Shown piece after piece: positions 24,822 to 49,116 of a stretch of DNA of 64,000 bases. The notes below the pieces were generated by a model. It ran no database searches. It had not been told where the DNA came from and saw only the letters and a list, made by a program, of their open reading frames with translations. Made by a program: the position numbers and the translations under genes. The stretch's first letter is position 1. Each line of letters starts with the position of its first letter. Source of the DNA: Eimeria praecox (Eukaryota); the NCBI GenBank assembly GCA_963920595.1, contig OY986948.1, positions 806,001 through 870,000 of the forward strand. Direction: 5' to 3'.

Positions 24822-25896
24822 TAATGATATGGTTTCTGAAGAGAGAAGAGCAAGTGCGAGTTTATACGCAGAATTATATAAGTTGTTGACGCCGGCTTCT
24901 TTATCTTCACGTCTTAAAACCCGATATTTAAGATTATTAAATATATGTTTGAGGAGCGAATTAACTCCAATCTCTCTAATTATATTATTTATTAAAAAAC
25001 TATGTAGAGTTGCTTGTATTGTTAATGCAGATATATCTCTCTCTCTTTTATCTCTAGCAGCATCATTACTACAACGTCATATAAATATATTTAAACCGCT
25101 ACTTTGTATACCTTCAAATATATCTGAGCAGCTAAAGAGACAGGGAGATATATTTAATTATTCTGAAGCTTACTGCAAAGACAAACACAATCATACTCCT
25201 CCTCCTCCTGCTGCTGCTGCTCCTGCTGCTGCTCCTGCTGCTGCTGCTGCTGCTGCTCCTGCTGCTGCTGCTGCTCCTGCTGCTGCTGCTGCTCCTGCTG
25301 CTGCTCCTGCTGCTGCTGCTGCTGCTGCTCCTGCTGCTGCTGCTGCTGCTCCTGCTGCAGCAGCAGCAGCAGCAGGGGAGGGTTACAATAGCTCTTCTTC
25401 TTCTGAGGATGAAGGAGAAGAAGGATCTGAAGAGTGTATGTCTGTGTTAGATTTAATATCATCTTCTTTACCTTCGTCTCTAAAATATAATAAGAAGAAT
25501 ATATTATCATTAATTAGAAAAGAAAGCAAAATATGTTTATGGGAATTATTATTATTAAATAAACACGCATATACTTGTATAAAAAATTTTATAAATATAT
25601 TCAAACTTAATTTTAATGATTATACTTGTAAACAAATTTTGTATGAAGATTTTAATTCTATGAATTTAACAAAATTATTAGTTAGAGAAATTAAATCGAT
25701 TAATAAATCTTTATCTTTATATCCTTCTTCTTCTTCTTCTCCTTTGAATATAAATATAAATAATAATATAAATGTATTAAATACAACAAATACAATGAGC
25801 GTTAGTGATGCTTTGAATACAAATACATTTAAAGAAGATATTTGTCAGCTACATACAAATGCCATGAAAATCGCAAATATTTATATTAAGTCGTAG
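23410..25896 (+). CDS. NOC4: Nucleolar complex protein 4 (CBF/Mak21 domain)
   Basis: 828-aa single-exon ORF with NPLILSDFF, LALSGLVYLLTKH, LYAELYKLL, FIKKLCRVA and CLWEL, interrupted by poly-Q/A/S/E tracts. Confidence 0.85.
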
Positions 25897-26410
25897 CTTA
25901 TTCGTCTATTATGTTATTGTTAGTATAATTATAATTATAATTATAATTATAATTATAATTATAATTATAATTATAATTATAATTAGGATAATCATTATAA
26001 TTATAATTATAATTATGATTGTAATTATAATTAGCTGTAATTTATAATTATAATTATAATTATAATTATAATTATAATTATAATTAAATAGTAGACGAAG
26101 AAGCTACGATTTAATATTAATAATTATAATTATAATTGTAATTATGATTACAATTATAATTATAATTATACTTCTCTAACTTTTTCTCTAATTATTTAAT
26201 TATAACTTCAATTTTTCTTTTTACTAAATTAAATTAATTAAATAATAATTTTAATTATTTTTCCTAACTTTTCAATTTTATTCATATTTCTAATTCTGTT
26301 TTTATTAACATCTTCGTAGTTTATTTATTATTTTTAATAATTAATAAAATTAAATTAATTTCCTTCTTTTGTATTTACTTGCTCAATGACTCTTACTACT
26401 CTAAGTCTCC

Positions 26411-26442
<32 letters not shown>

Positions 26443-26687
26443 TTGCTGCTGCTGCTATTGCTGCTGCTACTGGTGTTGCTGCTGCTGCTGTTGCTTGTGT
26501 TGTTGCTGCTAATGCTACTGCTACTGCTGCTGCTGCTGGTGCTGCTGTTGCTGGTGCTGCTGTTGCTGCTGTTGTTGCTGCTGCTGCTGTTAATGTGAGG
26601 AAGAACATCGCTACTTTTCTTGAAATGTGTTTGAATTTAATGAAGAAATCATATGTCTGTACACTTGAAGCCTTCTTCACAAAGAAG

Positions 26688-26748
<61 letters not shown>

Positions 26749-27520
26749 TTGCATATACACCACGAGGTGTACATGCACCTCTGCTCAGGTGTATGGGCAT
26801 ATCAGCACGGCTAGCAGAGAGACAACAAACGTATATCTTTCGCGTTTGTCTCTCCTTCGAAATTGGAAAATAAACAAAGAATATTTATTTAATTTACGCA
26901 TTCGTTCAAACACTTCCTCGATTCATCAAATTAGGAAGATTTCTCTGCTGCTGCTGCTGCTGCTGCTCCTGCAGCAGCTGCTGCTGTTGCTGCTGTTGCT
27001 GCTTCTGCTGCTGCAGCTGCTGCTGTTGCTGCTGTTGCTGCTGCTGCTGCAGCTGCTCCTGCTGCTGCTGCAGCTGCTGCTCCTGCAGCTGCTGCTCCTA
27101 CAGCTGCTGCTCCTGCAGCTGCTGCTGCTCCTGCAGCTGCTGCTCGTACAGCTGCTGCTCCTGCAGCTGCTGCTGCTGCTCCTGCAGCAGCAGCTGCTGC
27201 TGGGGTTTTTAGAGAAGAGTATAATTTGTCTGTATATATTTCACTTGATAAACAAATTGAACATTCGCTCCAAATTTTTTTTCTGTCTTCTCTTCTTGTT
27301 AACGTCCTGCTAACTTGATCAATGGATATATATATATAATATATTCATAGATAAATATAATATATATAATATATAATATAATATATATATAAATAAAATA
27401 TAATATATATCTATATATCTATATATCTATATATAATAAAATATATATATTATACTATATAGATATACAAACCAAATAAAGTTATTTTGCTTTCTTCACT
27501 CTCTCTCTCTCTCATTCTCT

Positions 27521-27565
<45 letters not shown>

Positions 27566-27728
27566 TCTAAATTTTCTCTTGTATTTCCCTTCCTTCTGAC
27601 TTTCTCCTCCTGCGCTTGTTTCTGCTCTTCCTGCTGCTGTTATTGCTGCTGCTATTGCTGCAGTTGCAGCTGTTCTTGCTGCTGCTACTGCTCCTATCAC
27701 AGCAGCCTTAGCAGCAGCAGCAGCCTTA

Positions 27729-37890
<10,162 letters not shown>

Positions 37891-38745
37891 AGAGAAGACT
37901 GTTGTTTTGTTTTTCTCTTATGATTTTGTTCTTAGAGGAAACAGATCTGATGAAATATGCCCTCTCCCTCACGGGGGCCCCATGCAGGTAAGTGTCTATC
38001 TGTAGTATTTGATATATTTTTGTTTGTTTGTTTGTGTGTTAAAGGAATATAAGATGTATTAAATATAATTAAATGCTGCTGCTTCAGAGCAAGCAACAGC
38101 TTTGCCCATTGGATAGATAGATATTTGTGTGTATGAGGAGAGGACGAAGCCGAAGAAGTAGGAGAATCCTCTTCTTGTTTATATTTATTGAAAAAATAGA
38201 ACATAAGAAAGTAAAAAAATAAGAAAATAGTTAAAAGAAAGAAGAAGGAAGTAGACATACACCGCAGACAGACAGAGTCATTCAACTTTATATATATACC
38301 TGCAGCCGCTGTTCTTATATACAAGATAATGATAGATTAAGAAGAAGCTGAGGTCCTTACTTACTATGATTAGGGTGTAAATTGCTGGAAATAATGATAA
38401 AATGATGTTTAAATACATTTATTTGTATTCTTTTCAATTAAATATTCATAAGAATTCAAGTTTTTCTTCTAACGATCATAGGGCCAAGAAAGTCGGAGTG
38501 GAGTTGCAGGTTATGATTCATATCGCTCTTGATAGCGATATGATCGTATATATATTTGTATGTATTAAATTTGATAAATATATAAAAAATGGATGAAATA
38601 GTTTAAAAAAGATAAAATAAATTCAATTATCGTATAATATATTGAAGATCATTAAATTTATTTTTTTCGATTTCGTATCTGAATCCACTAACTTATTCGT
38701 GATTCATATTTCAACAGGGTAGGGTTTCTCAGGTGTATATACACC

Positions 38746-38936
38746 ATACCTTCTCGGCCTTTTGGCTATGATCAAGTGTAGTATCTGTTCTTATCAGTGT
38801 GACAACTGATATGGATCCAACTGGATCCAATTCTGTCACAACAATTTTTGTTTGGGAGAGAAGTAGTTTATGAGCTTGCTCAGACCTTCTCTACGTGTTG
38901 CCTCGTCCTTACACTTTCGATGAGAGCGGCGCACCC
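38746..38936 (+). ncRNA. U2: U2 spliceosomal snRNA
   Basis: 5' ATACCTTCTCGGCCTTTTGGCTATGATCAAGTGTAGTATCTGTTCT contains the branch-pairing GTAGTA. Stem IIa TATCAG/CTGATA has loop TGTGACA complementary to downstream TGTCACA (IIc); stem IIb TGGATCCA/TGGATCCA; Sm site AATTTTTG. The 3' end is approximate. Confidence 0.97.
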
Positions 38937-39453
38937 TTCCGACCCTTCGGGGTTAACAATATATTTTTTATTTTTGTTGAATTTTAATGGTTTTTAGTGT
39001 TTGTTTGGTGGCTGAATCGGTTTATTGGTCACATGTTATATGATGTTGGGGTCTTCAAGGGTTAAGGACTTGCACGTATCCTGCCTAGTTTGTACAGTTT
39101 TTTATTTACCGGTAGTACTTCTTGGTCCTCGTGTACAAGTTAGTTTTTTTAATTATATACAGTTCTACGCTATAACCAAATATCTTTTGAAAGGGATTAG
39201 CGATTATTTAATTTAATCTTGTTATATTTACTGCTGCAAACTATCGAGTGCTCTACTATGTAGGAATAGTAATATATATGATGTATTGCTATTATTATAT
39301 GTGAGGCTGTATTATTTGCCCCTACGGCAAAGTATAAAATATTTAGGATGAGAGAAACAAAGAAGTTTAGAGAAAAAAGAGGGGAAAGAGGGGAGGTGAT
39401 AAATAATTGATGGTATATTAAATATACTAATATATAAATATATTAAATATTTT

Positions 39454-39875
39454 TTAATATTTTATATGCGGCCCCGTCACACAACCTGGGGCGTTCTTGT
39501 CTTCACTCCCGCAACACTCCCTGTAAATATAAATAAACAGAAATTTAATATAATAAAGTAGTAGTAAATATACAATAAAATAGTAATAAATACATAGAAT
39601 ATGAAGTACATATAGTATAATCAAATAGTAGTAAATTTATATATATATATATAATATATAATATATATATAATATATATTTATATATATTATATAGTAGT
39701 ATTATATATATATATATATATAATACTCCTACTGTTTAGAAGATATAGTTATATTCCTACTGTGTAATAGAAATGAAACATGTTGCTACTCTTCAGGGAG
39801 AGCGGAACAAATATATATGTACTATATATACATTAAAATATTTATACTTTAATATATATATATATATAATATATA

Positions 39876-39906
<31 letters not shown>

Positions 39907-40309
39907 ATTTATATATATATATAATACTTATATATACCGTTTTTCTTGTTGTTAGACTCTCTTTCAAATATATATTGAACTGTAACTGAAAGAAGATCCG
40001 AATGAGCCCAACATAAGAAAAGGGTTTGATATTCTACAATCCTCCAAATTAAATTAAATTAAATTAAATTAATTAATTTAATTTAAATTAAATTAATTAA
40101 ATTAAATAATATTTCTAATAAACTCACCAACATTTCCCATCCCAATTTTTATGTTTTTGGTTTTCTTCAACAGCAGCATAATATTTTTCTCCCTCAGGAT
40201 GATAACGACAGACATACGATTGAGGATGATATATACATGAATATGTGTTTTCTTCATTAAAATATTGCTTACAACGACTACATAAACTTGTATTTGTATT
40301 GTTTGACAT
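39454..40309 (-). CDS. Small (~82 aa) Cys/His-rich putative zinc-binding protein (CHORD/Btk-motif-like)
   Basis: Exons 40309-40128 and 39520-39454 splice in frame (TG|G = Trp): MSNNTNTSLCSRCKQYFNEENTYSCIYHPQSYVCRYHPEGEKYYAAVEENQKHKNWDGKCWECCGSEDKNAPGCVTGPHIKY*. Confidence 0.8.
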
Positions 40310-41399
40310 TTTTTATGAATAGATTTCAATTTTATTTATATTTCAAACTCTTTTTTATTCTATATTTCGTATTGGTTACGATCGTATTCGTAATACGCCT
40401 CTGCTCATAACACACAAAGCAACACACAACACATTGAAGAGAGAGATATGTATATTATGAGGATTCTAAACAAATAGTAAAGTATATTTAAACAATATTG
40501 CAAAATAAAAACATAAAATAAACAAAGAAAAAACACAAAACAGAAGAAAATACATACAATAAAATACTACAGAGAGGGAGGACGATCAGAAAAGTCTGTT
40601 GAATGCTTACTGTATATAGCAACAAACAAATATCAACAAAAGAAGAATATTTCTCTTAAATATATCAAATTTTGTTTTATTTTAATTATAACAATAAATA
40701 AATAAATAATGTAAATTTATACACAAAAAAACAACAATTATTTCATAACATACTTCCTGCCAGAGTGAGAGTGCTGATGACGCACGCCTAAACATGCATA
40801 CCTGCGTGCTTTCTTTCTTTTTTTGTGTGTTTTTTTATATTTTTTTTCAGAAAATAATATCATAAACACAAAATAAATTAATTCTTAACTTGAAATTTCG
40901 TTTATTGTTTTAAAATACGAAGAAAAAACAACATTCCGCATGTAAGCTGAAGAAGCTACGGAGCCCCGGTGTTGTATTTATATTCCTTGAGCGTACATTC
41001 CTCCTTTCTTCTTCTTTGTTTATTTTCTGTTATTTAAATTAATTAAATTAAACAATTATTATTTTAATATCCTTTTCTTGTTTATTTCTCTCTTGTACAG
41101 ACAGAAAGAGTACAGAATTTAGTATATTTTTACATATTCGTAGTACCTACTCTCGTTAGTTTATCCTTTATTTTAGTTTAGATACATATCCATACAAATT
41201 AAAAATAATAATAAATATATATTTAAATATATATATATATATATTTAAATTTAAATTTATTTGTTTTATATATTTAGACTGACGTCTGCAAGCCTAAGAA
41301 CTGAGGTTAACAGATAAATACAAAATGCTCTTCGTCTTGTACTAAAATAATATAATTAAGGATTCAAATAATAATTTATTTGAATAATAATAATAATAA

Positions 41400-41434
<35 letters not shown>

Positions 41435-41936
41435 AATAATAAATAAAAAAATAAAATGCTGCTGCTGTTGCAGCAACATTTATGGATCTAAAAAATAATA
41501 AAATAATTACGAAGATTTGTTATTTGGTTTTTATTAAAACACTTAAGAAGAAGTAGAAGAGAAGAAGAAGAAGAGAAAGAAAGAAAATAATAATTATATA
41601 ATAAAAGCAATAAAATAAAAGAAGAAGAGAAAGAAAGAAAGAATGAAAGAATTAAATAATAAAAGTAATAAAGTAATAAACGGAAAGAAGCAGAGAAAGA
41701 AATAATTAAATAATTAAATAATTAAATAATTAAATAATAATTAAATAATAATTAAATAATAAAAGTAATAAACGATAAGAAGAAGAGAAAGAAAGAAATA
41801 ATCAAATAATAATAAAACTAATAAAATATATAATAAAAGCAGTAGAGTAGTTATAACGTAGATAAGTATATTTATCTACTAAACAGAAGCAATAATACCA
41901 GAAGCAACAGCAACAGCAGCATCTGCTGCTGCTGCT

Positions 41937-41976
<40 letters not shown>

Positions 41977-42018
41977 AATAGAGAAGAAGAAGCAAGTATA
42001 AACCACAATAAACTTCTT

Positions 42019-43118
42019 TTATTTACTTTCTTCTAAATTAATTAATTTAAATTTTTCTTCGAGTTTCTTCAAATCTTCTTTCAATTTTTCTTCTTTTTTT
42101 AGTTTTTCTTTCTGTAAATCATCTAAATGTGGCTTCTCCTAAAGCAGCAAAACATATTATATTATATTTAAATATATTATTTTATTATTATATTTAAATA
42201 AATTATTTAAATATAATATTATATTATTATAACTTATTTAAATAAATTATTTTATTATTATATTTAAATAAATTATTTAAATATACTATTATATTATTAT
42301 AACTTATTTAAATATAATATCCTTTTTTATATTATTTAAATATGGTATTTTATTATTATAAATTATTTAAATGTAGTATTATATTATTATAAATTATTTA
42401 AATAAAATATTATATTATCATTATATTATCATAACTTATTTAAATATAATAAGAAATATAATATAATATAATATTATATATATTTATATAATAACAAACG
42501 TTTATTATATACATACACATATATTATAATAGTGTATTTAAATATAATTAGAAATAGAACATAATATATTGTATAATATATATTAATATATTAACAAACA
42601 TTTAAACAAATATATAATAAATATAACATAATATAATATAATATAATATAATATAATATAATATAACATAACATAACATAATATAATATAATATAATATA
42701 ACATAACATAACATAACATAACATAATATAATATAATATAATATAATATAATATAATATAATATAATATAATATAATATAATATAATATAATATAATATA
42801 ATATAATATAATATAATATAATATAATATAATATAATATAATATAATATAATATAATATAATATAACAAATATAATATATAAAGTATTTTAACAAACAAA
42901 ATATAAAATGTAAAATGTACAAACTTCGAAGAAAAATATTAGAACAAACATACCATAAAATATCTGAACACGAAATATATTAAAATATATAAATATATAA
43001 ATAAATAAATAAATATATAAGTAAACAAATATATAAATATATAAATATACAAGTAAATAAAGATATAAATATACAAATATATATACATATATAAATATAC
43101 AAATAAATAAATATATAA

Positions 43119-43156
<38 letters not shown>

Positions 43157-43376
43157 CAAATTAGCATTGAAAGTATTAATTAAAAGAAATACTATAAAAA
43201 CAACTAACTAAACAAGAAATGTAATTAAAGATATTAAGTGAAAAGATATAATAAAAGTGTTTAATAAATAACTTGTTATATATATAACGTATTAAATACA
43301 AGATTATAAACAGGTTTTAAATATTATTATAAAAATTATTAAATAAATAATATAATATTATTAGAAAGTAGTAAAT

Positions 43377-43439
<63 letters not shown>

Positions 43440-43751
43440 ATATATAATCATACAAAAGAAACAAATACATACAATATAAAAAATATTAAATAAAATATAA
43501 TAAAATAGTATTAAATAAAAACAAATAACTAAATAAAATGAAACGTAGATGAAGAAGTAAAATATAAAAATAAATAAGATAATAAATAAATAAATAAATA
43601 AATAGATAATACATAAATTAGATATAATAAATACATAAATACAATAAATAAATAAATAAATAAATAAATATAAAAATAAATAAAATGTAAAATCAAACAA
43701 TTAAGTAAACAAATAAATCAAATAAAAAAACTAGATAAATAAATAAACAGA

Positions 43752-43813
<62 letters not shown>

Positions 43814-43985
43814 TTACCTTCATACGTTCAATTTCTGTTAGTTTTTTCTTAATTCCTCGAATCATTTTTCGAAGCTCGTCAGCCTAAAGAAACACAAATA
43901 TACTTGTTTATATTTTATTTTATATTTTAGTAAAAATATATTTTAAATATTATTTTAAATATATTATTTTCAATATATTATTTAG

Positions 43986-44081
<96 letters not shown>

Positions 44082-44480
44082 TACCTGTTGTGCTGTACTA
44101 CTAGGAGGAGACGCCTCCTCTTCCTTGATTTGTTTGTCTGTTGCTGCTGCTGCAGCAGCAGCAGGAGCAGCAGCAGGAGCAGAAGCAGCAGCAGCAGCAT
44201 TATCTGTATTATTTTTATTTTTCTGTTCATTAACTTCTTCAACATCATCTTCTTGTGTCTGAGGAGAAATATCTTCGCTCTTATTATTTTTATTTTGTTT
44301 CTTCCTTCTCCCATTCTTTTTAGAAGAAGAAGAAGAAGAAGACGGCGCCTCAGCAAAGCCTGGAGGGAGTTTAGGTTGATTGTTTCGAATCGCTGGGGGT
44401 TTATACGCTGTAGATACCTGAAAGAGGTTGAAATAAAAATATATATTATGTTTATTTAGGGTTTAGACACATACGTTTAG

Positions 44481-44548
<68 letters not shown>

Positions 44549-44950
44549 CACCAATAGGTTTAGTATATTATTATGTTTAGATTATAAATATGTATTTATA
44601 TAATACAAGAAGTTTAAATTATAACAACATGTTTATATTGTGTTGATTTCTTTAATTTTCAAGAATATTTAGATAATAGAAACAGTTTTAGTAATAATAT
44701 ATTTATATCCTAACATATAAATAAACAAATAAACTACTCAATAAACAACAAAACAACAAAACAAGCAACAAACAAAAACAAACAAAAACAAAAACAAGAA
44801 AAAAAATAATAAACAACAAAATAATTAAACAACAAACAAAAACAAGAAAACAAAAACACGCAAATAATATAATCTTCCTCCTAGTCTACCTTATGCACAC
44901 CAAATAAAACAAATAAGATATATATAAATATAAATATAAAATTTATATTA

Positions 44951-44989
<39 letters not shown>

Positions 44990-45089
44990 ACAAATAAAAA
45001 ACAAATAATATAATCTTACTCCTAGTCTGCTTTGTGTACACCAAATAAGACAAATAAAATATATATAAATATAAATATAAAATTTATAT

Positions 45090-45127
<38 letters not shown>

Positions 45128-45850
45128 CAAATAAAAAACAAATAATATAATATAATCTTACTCCTAGTCTGCTTTGTGTACACCAAATAAAACAAATAAA
45201 ATATATATAAATATAAATATAAAATTTATATTAAATATACATATATTTATATATAAAAATAAATAAAACCAAATAAAAAACAAATAATATAATATAATCT
45301 TACTCCTAGTCTACCTTATGTACACCAAATAAAACAAATAAAATATATATAAATATAAATATAAAATTTATATTAAATATATATATATATATATATATAA
45401 ACAAATAAAAAACAAATAATATAATATAATCTTACTCCTAGTCTGCTTTGTGTAAGAGAAGCGAGGCTTCTTCCTGAGGTGTTGAAGCTGCCGATGTTTG
45501 TTGTAGTCTCCGCTCCTGGGGCTAGAGGGACCGTCTCTCGTGTATATACTTTAAGTGTATCTATTATATTTTTCTGATATTCTGCTGCTGCTGCTGCTGC
45601 TGCTGCAGTTAGGGGTCTAAACTGTATGCTGTACAGACAGCCAAAATCAATACGCTTTAAGAGAGCCCCTGATAGACTGAAAAACTATAAAAAAAATAAA
45701 AACAAACAAACAAATATATTAATAATTTTATATATTTAGATGTTAATGTAGTATATTATTTAGTTATTTAGATACTAATACACAAAGACATACTTAATAC
45801 ATAAATAAAGATATAAATATAACAAACACAACAAACAAATAATACACAAA

Positions 45851-45906
<56 letters not shown>

Positions 45907-46799
45907 GAACAAACAAAACAAACAAACTAAAAGACATAAAATAATTTAAAGATATAAACAACAAACACAGAAGAAGAAGAAAACCCAAGAAGAAACAACA
46001 TCATTATCTTCTTCTTATCTTTCCTTCTTTCTAAAGAGAAGAAAATAAATAAATAAAACAATTATTTATTCATTTATTAAATACATAAAAATAAAAATAA
46101 AAAAAGAAAACAAAATAAAATAAATACAACAATTATTTGTCCTTTAAATACATTAAAAATGAAATACAAAAACAAATAAAATAAAAATAAATAAATAAAT
46201 AAATAAAACAATTATTTATTCTCTAAATACATTAAAAATAAAATACAAAAACAATATACTACAAATAATTAAATACTTTAATAGTAAAACAAAATAAATA
46301 AAATAAATAAAATAAATAAGTAAAATAAATAGATAAGACTTACACTTATTCTGTTATCTACTCGAAGACGAGGCGATATGTTCGCCGTAACGAAGAAACA
46401 GCCACACGAAGACCAAAGACAGCAAGCTGAGGGAGACTGAGCAAAGACAAACAAGCAGCAGCAGCAGCAGCAGCAGCAGCAGTGAACAGCAGCAGCAGCA
46501 GCAGCAGCAGCACGAGTAGCAGCAGCAGCACGAGTAGCAGCAGCAGCACTAGTAGCAGCAGCAACAGTAAACATAACAGAAGCAGCAAAAACAGCAAACA
46601 TAACAACAGCCAAAAGACAGCAACAGCAACAGCAACAGCAGCAGCAGCAGCAGCAGATCAACCCAAGTACGAGCCGCAGCAACAGCATCAACATCATCAT
46701 CAACATCATCATCAACATCATCATCATCACCACCAATCATCACCAATCATCACCAATCACCATCATCAGCACCATCACCAATCATCAAACATCATCACC

Positions 46800-46834
<35 letters not shown>

Positions 46835-46872
46835 ATCAACACCAATCATCATCAATCAACACCAATCATCAC

Positions 46873-46907
<35 letters not shown>

Positions 46908-46945
46908 ATCAACACCAATCATCATCAATCAACACCAATCATCAC

Positions 46946-46980
<35 letters not shown>

Positions 46981-47271
46981 ACACCCCCACCACCACCACC
47001 ACCACCACCACCACCACCACCATCACCACGAATCCTTCTGCTGTATGCTCACAATGGTTTTTGCTATAATTCCTTTTTTTCTGATTCCCCACACTTCTAC
47101 TTCTCCCGCCAGATTACCAAATCCTCCCCAAAGAAGAAGTTTAGAAAAACTACAAAACATCAAACTCGTTCGCATCCCTTCCCCTAATGTATATTTTGCA
47201 GAGGTACATTTACTGTTGCCGTCGTAGAGAGATACCTGAGCTCGAATATACAATTCAGTAATTCATTTAGA

Positions 47272-47303
<32 letters not shown>

Positions 47304-47321
47304 AAGAAAGAAAGAAAAAAA

Positions 47322-47418
<97 letters not shown>

Positions 47419-48503
47419 GCTAGCTAGCTAGCTAGCTAGCTATATACATATATATCTAAGGGAAAAAAGAAAAAGAAAGGCAGAAGATACGAACGCAACT
47501 CAGCAGAAACATCTTCCTCTACTTTTATTATTTTATATTTTATATATAAACTTCTAAATACAAGCATAGATGCATGCATTCAGACAGACAGCGATGGGGC
47601 TGGCTTGCTGCTGCAGCGGTAGAGAAAACCCAGACAAAAACAAAATCGAAGTCGAGGGTTTAGGGTTTAGGGTTTCTAGGGTTTAGTGTTTCTAGAGTTT
47701 AGTGTTTCTGGGGTTTAGGGTTTCTCGGGTTTAGTGGTTCTAGGGTTTATTGTCTCTAGGGTTTATTGTATCTAGGGTTTATTGTATCTAGGGTCTATTG
47801 CATCTAGGGTTTATTGTTTCTAGGGTTTACTGTATCTAGGGTTTATTGTCTCTAGGGTTTATTGTCTCTAGGGTTTATTGTTTCTAGGGTTTATTGTATC
47901 TAGGGTTTATTGTCTCTAGGGTTTACTGTATCCAGGGTTTATTGTCTCTAGGGTTTATTGTATCTAGGGTTTATTGTATCTAGGGATTACTGTTTCTAGG
48001 GTTTATTGTCTCTAGGGTTTACTGTATCTAGGGTTTACTGTCTCTAGGGTTTACTGTCTCTAGGGTTTACTGTCTCTAGGGTTTATTGTCTCTAGGGTTT
48101 ACTGTCTCTAGGGTTTACTGTCTCTAGGGTTTACTGTCTCTAGGGTTTATTGTCTCTAGGGTTTATTGTCTCTAGGGTTTATTGTCTCTAGGGTTTACTG
48201 TATCTAGGGTTTACTGTCTCTAGGGTTTACTGTCTCTAGGGTTTATTGTCTCTAGGGTTTATTGTTTCTATGGTTTATTGTTTTCTTACTTTTGCGGGTA
48301 CTTTTCCATAGCAAACAGCAAATTCAATAGTTGAAGGACTCCACACAGCTGCATGCACGGGTCCTTCATCTGCTGCTACTAAGCGAATATCGTAGCCTCC
48401 TTGACACTGACAGCCACAGCAGCAGCAGCAGCAGTAGCAGCAGCAGCAGTAGCAGCAGCAGTAGCAGCAATTAACAGCATATAACCAACAGAAACACCAA
48501 CAC

Positions 48504-48544
<41 letters not shown>

Positions 48545-48655
48545 CAGGGAGCAGCCACCATCACCGCAACAACGAACAGAAAGCCATCCAACATCAGCAG
48601 CAGCAAACACCCACACCAACTAACACCAGCAGCAACAACAGCATCAACATAGTCG

Positions 48656-48729
<74 letters not shown>

Positions 48730-49084
48730 TCTATCTATAGATATATCGACTAATAATAATAATAAAAATAATAATAACAGCAAAATAATCAAACAAAACA
48801 AATAAACAAACCGACTCCACTTCTCACCTTAAAGAAGTATAAAGAGCTGGATCCATAGTAAGTGAGATCACTTGCGTCAGTGTGCGTCTTAACTAAGAAC
48901 GCTCTGCCATCATACGCCCATACACATTCTGCCTCCTGAGTTTGTGGTAATGTTTTTTTTATTATTAATTTATATTCAGATTCTTTTCTTAACTCATATA
49001 CTTCTAGAAGAGCTGGCTCGTTCTTTGTCTCCTTTGAAAACACTGCACAATAACCTCCTACACCAGAGACACTACCACCACTGC

Positions 49085-49116
<32 letters not shown>

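Noticed and set aside
39740..40045. Non-repetitive blocks inside the zinc-protein intron (extra exons or ncRNA)
   Set aside because: No convincing reading frame or RNA motif; the two-exon model is complete without them.
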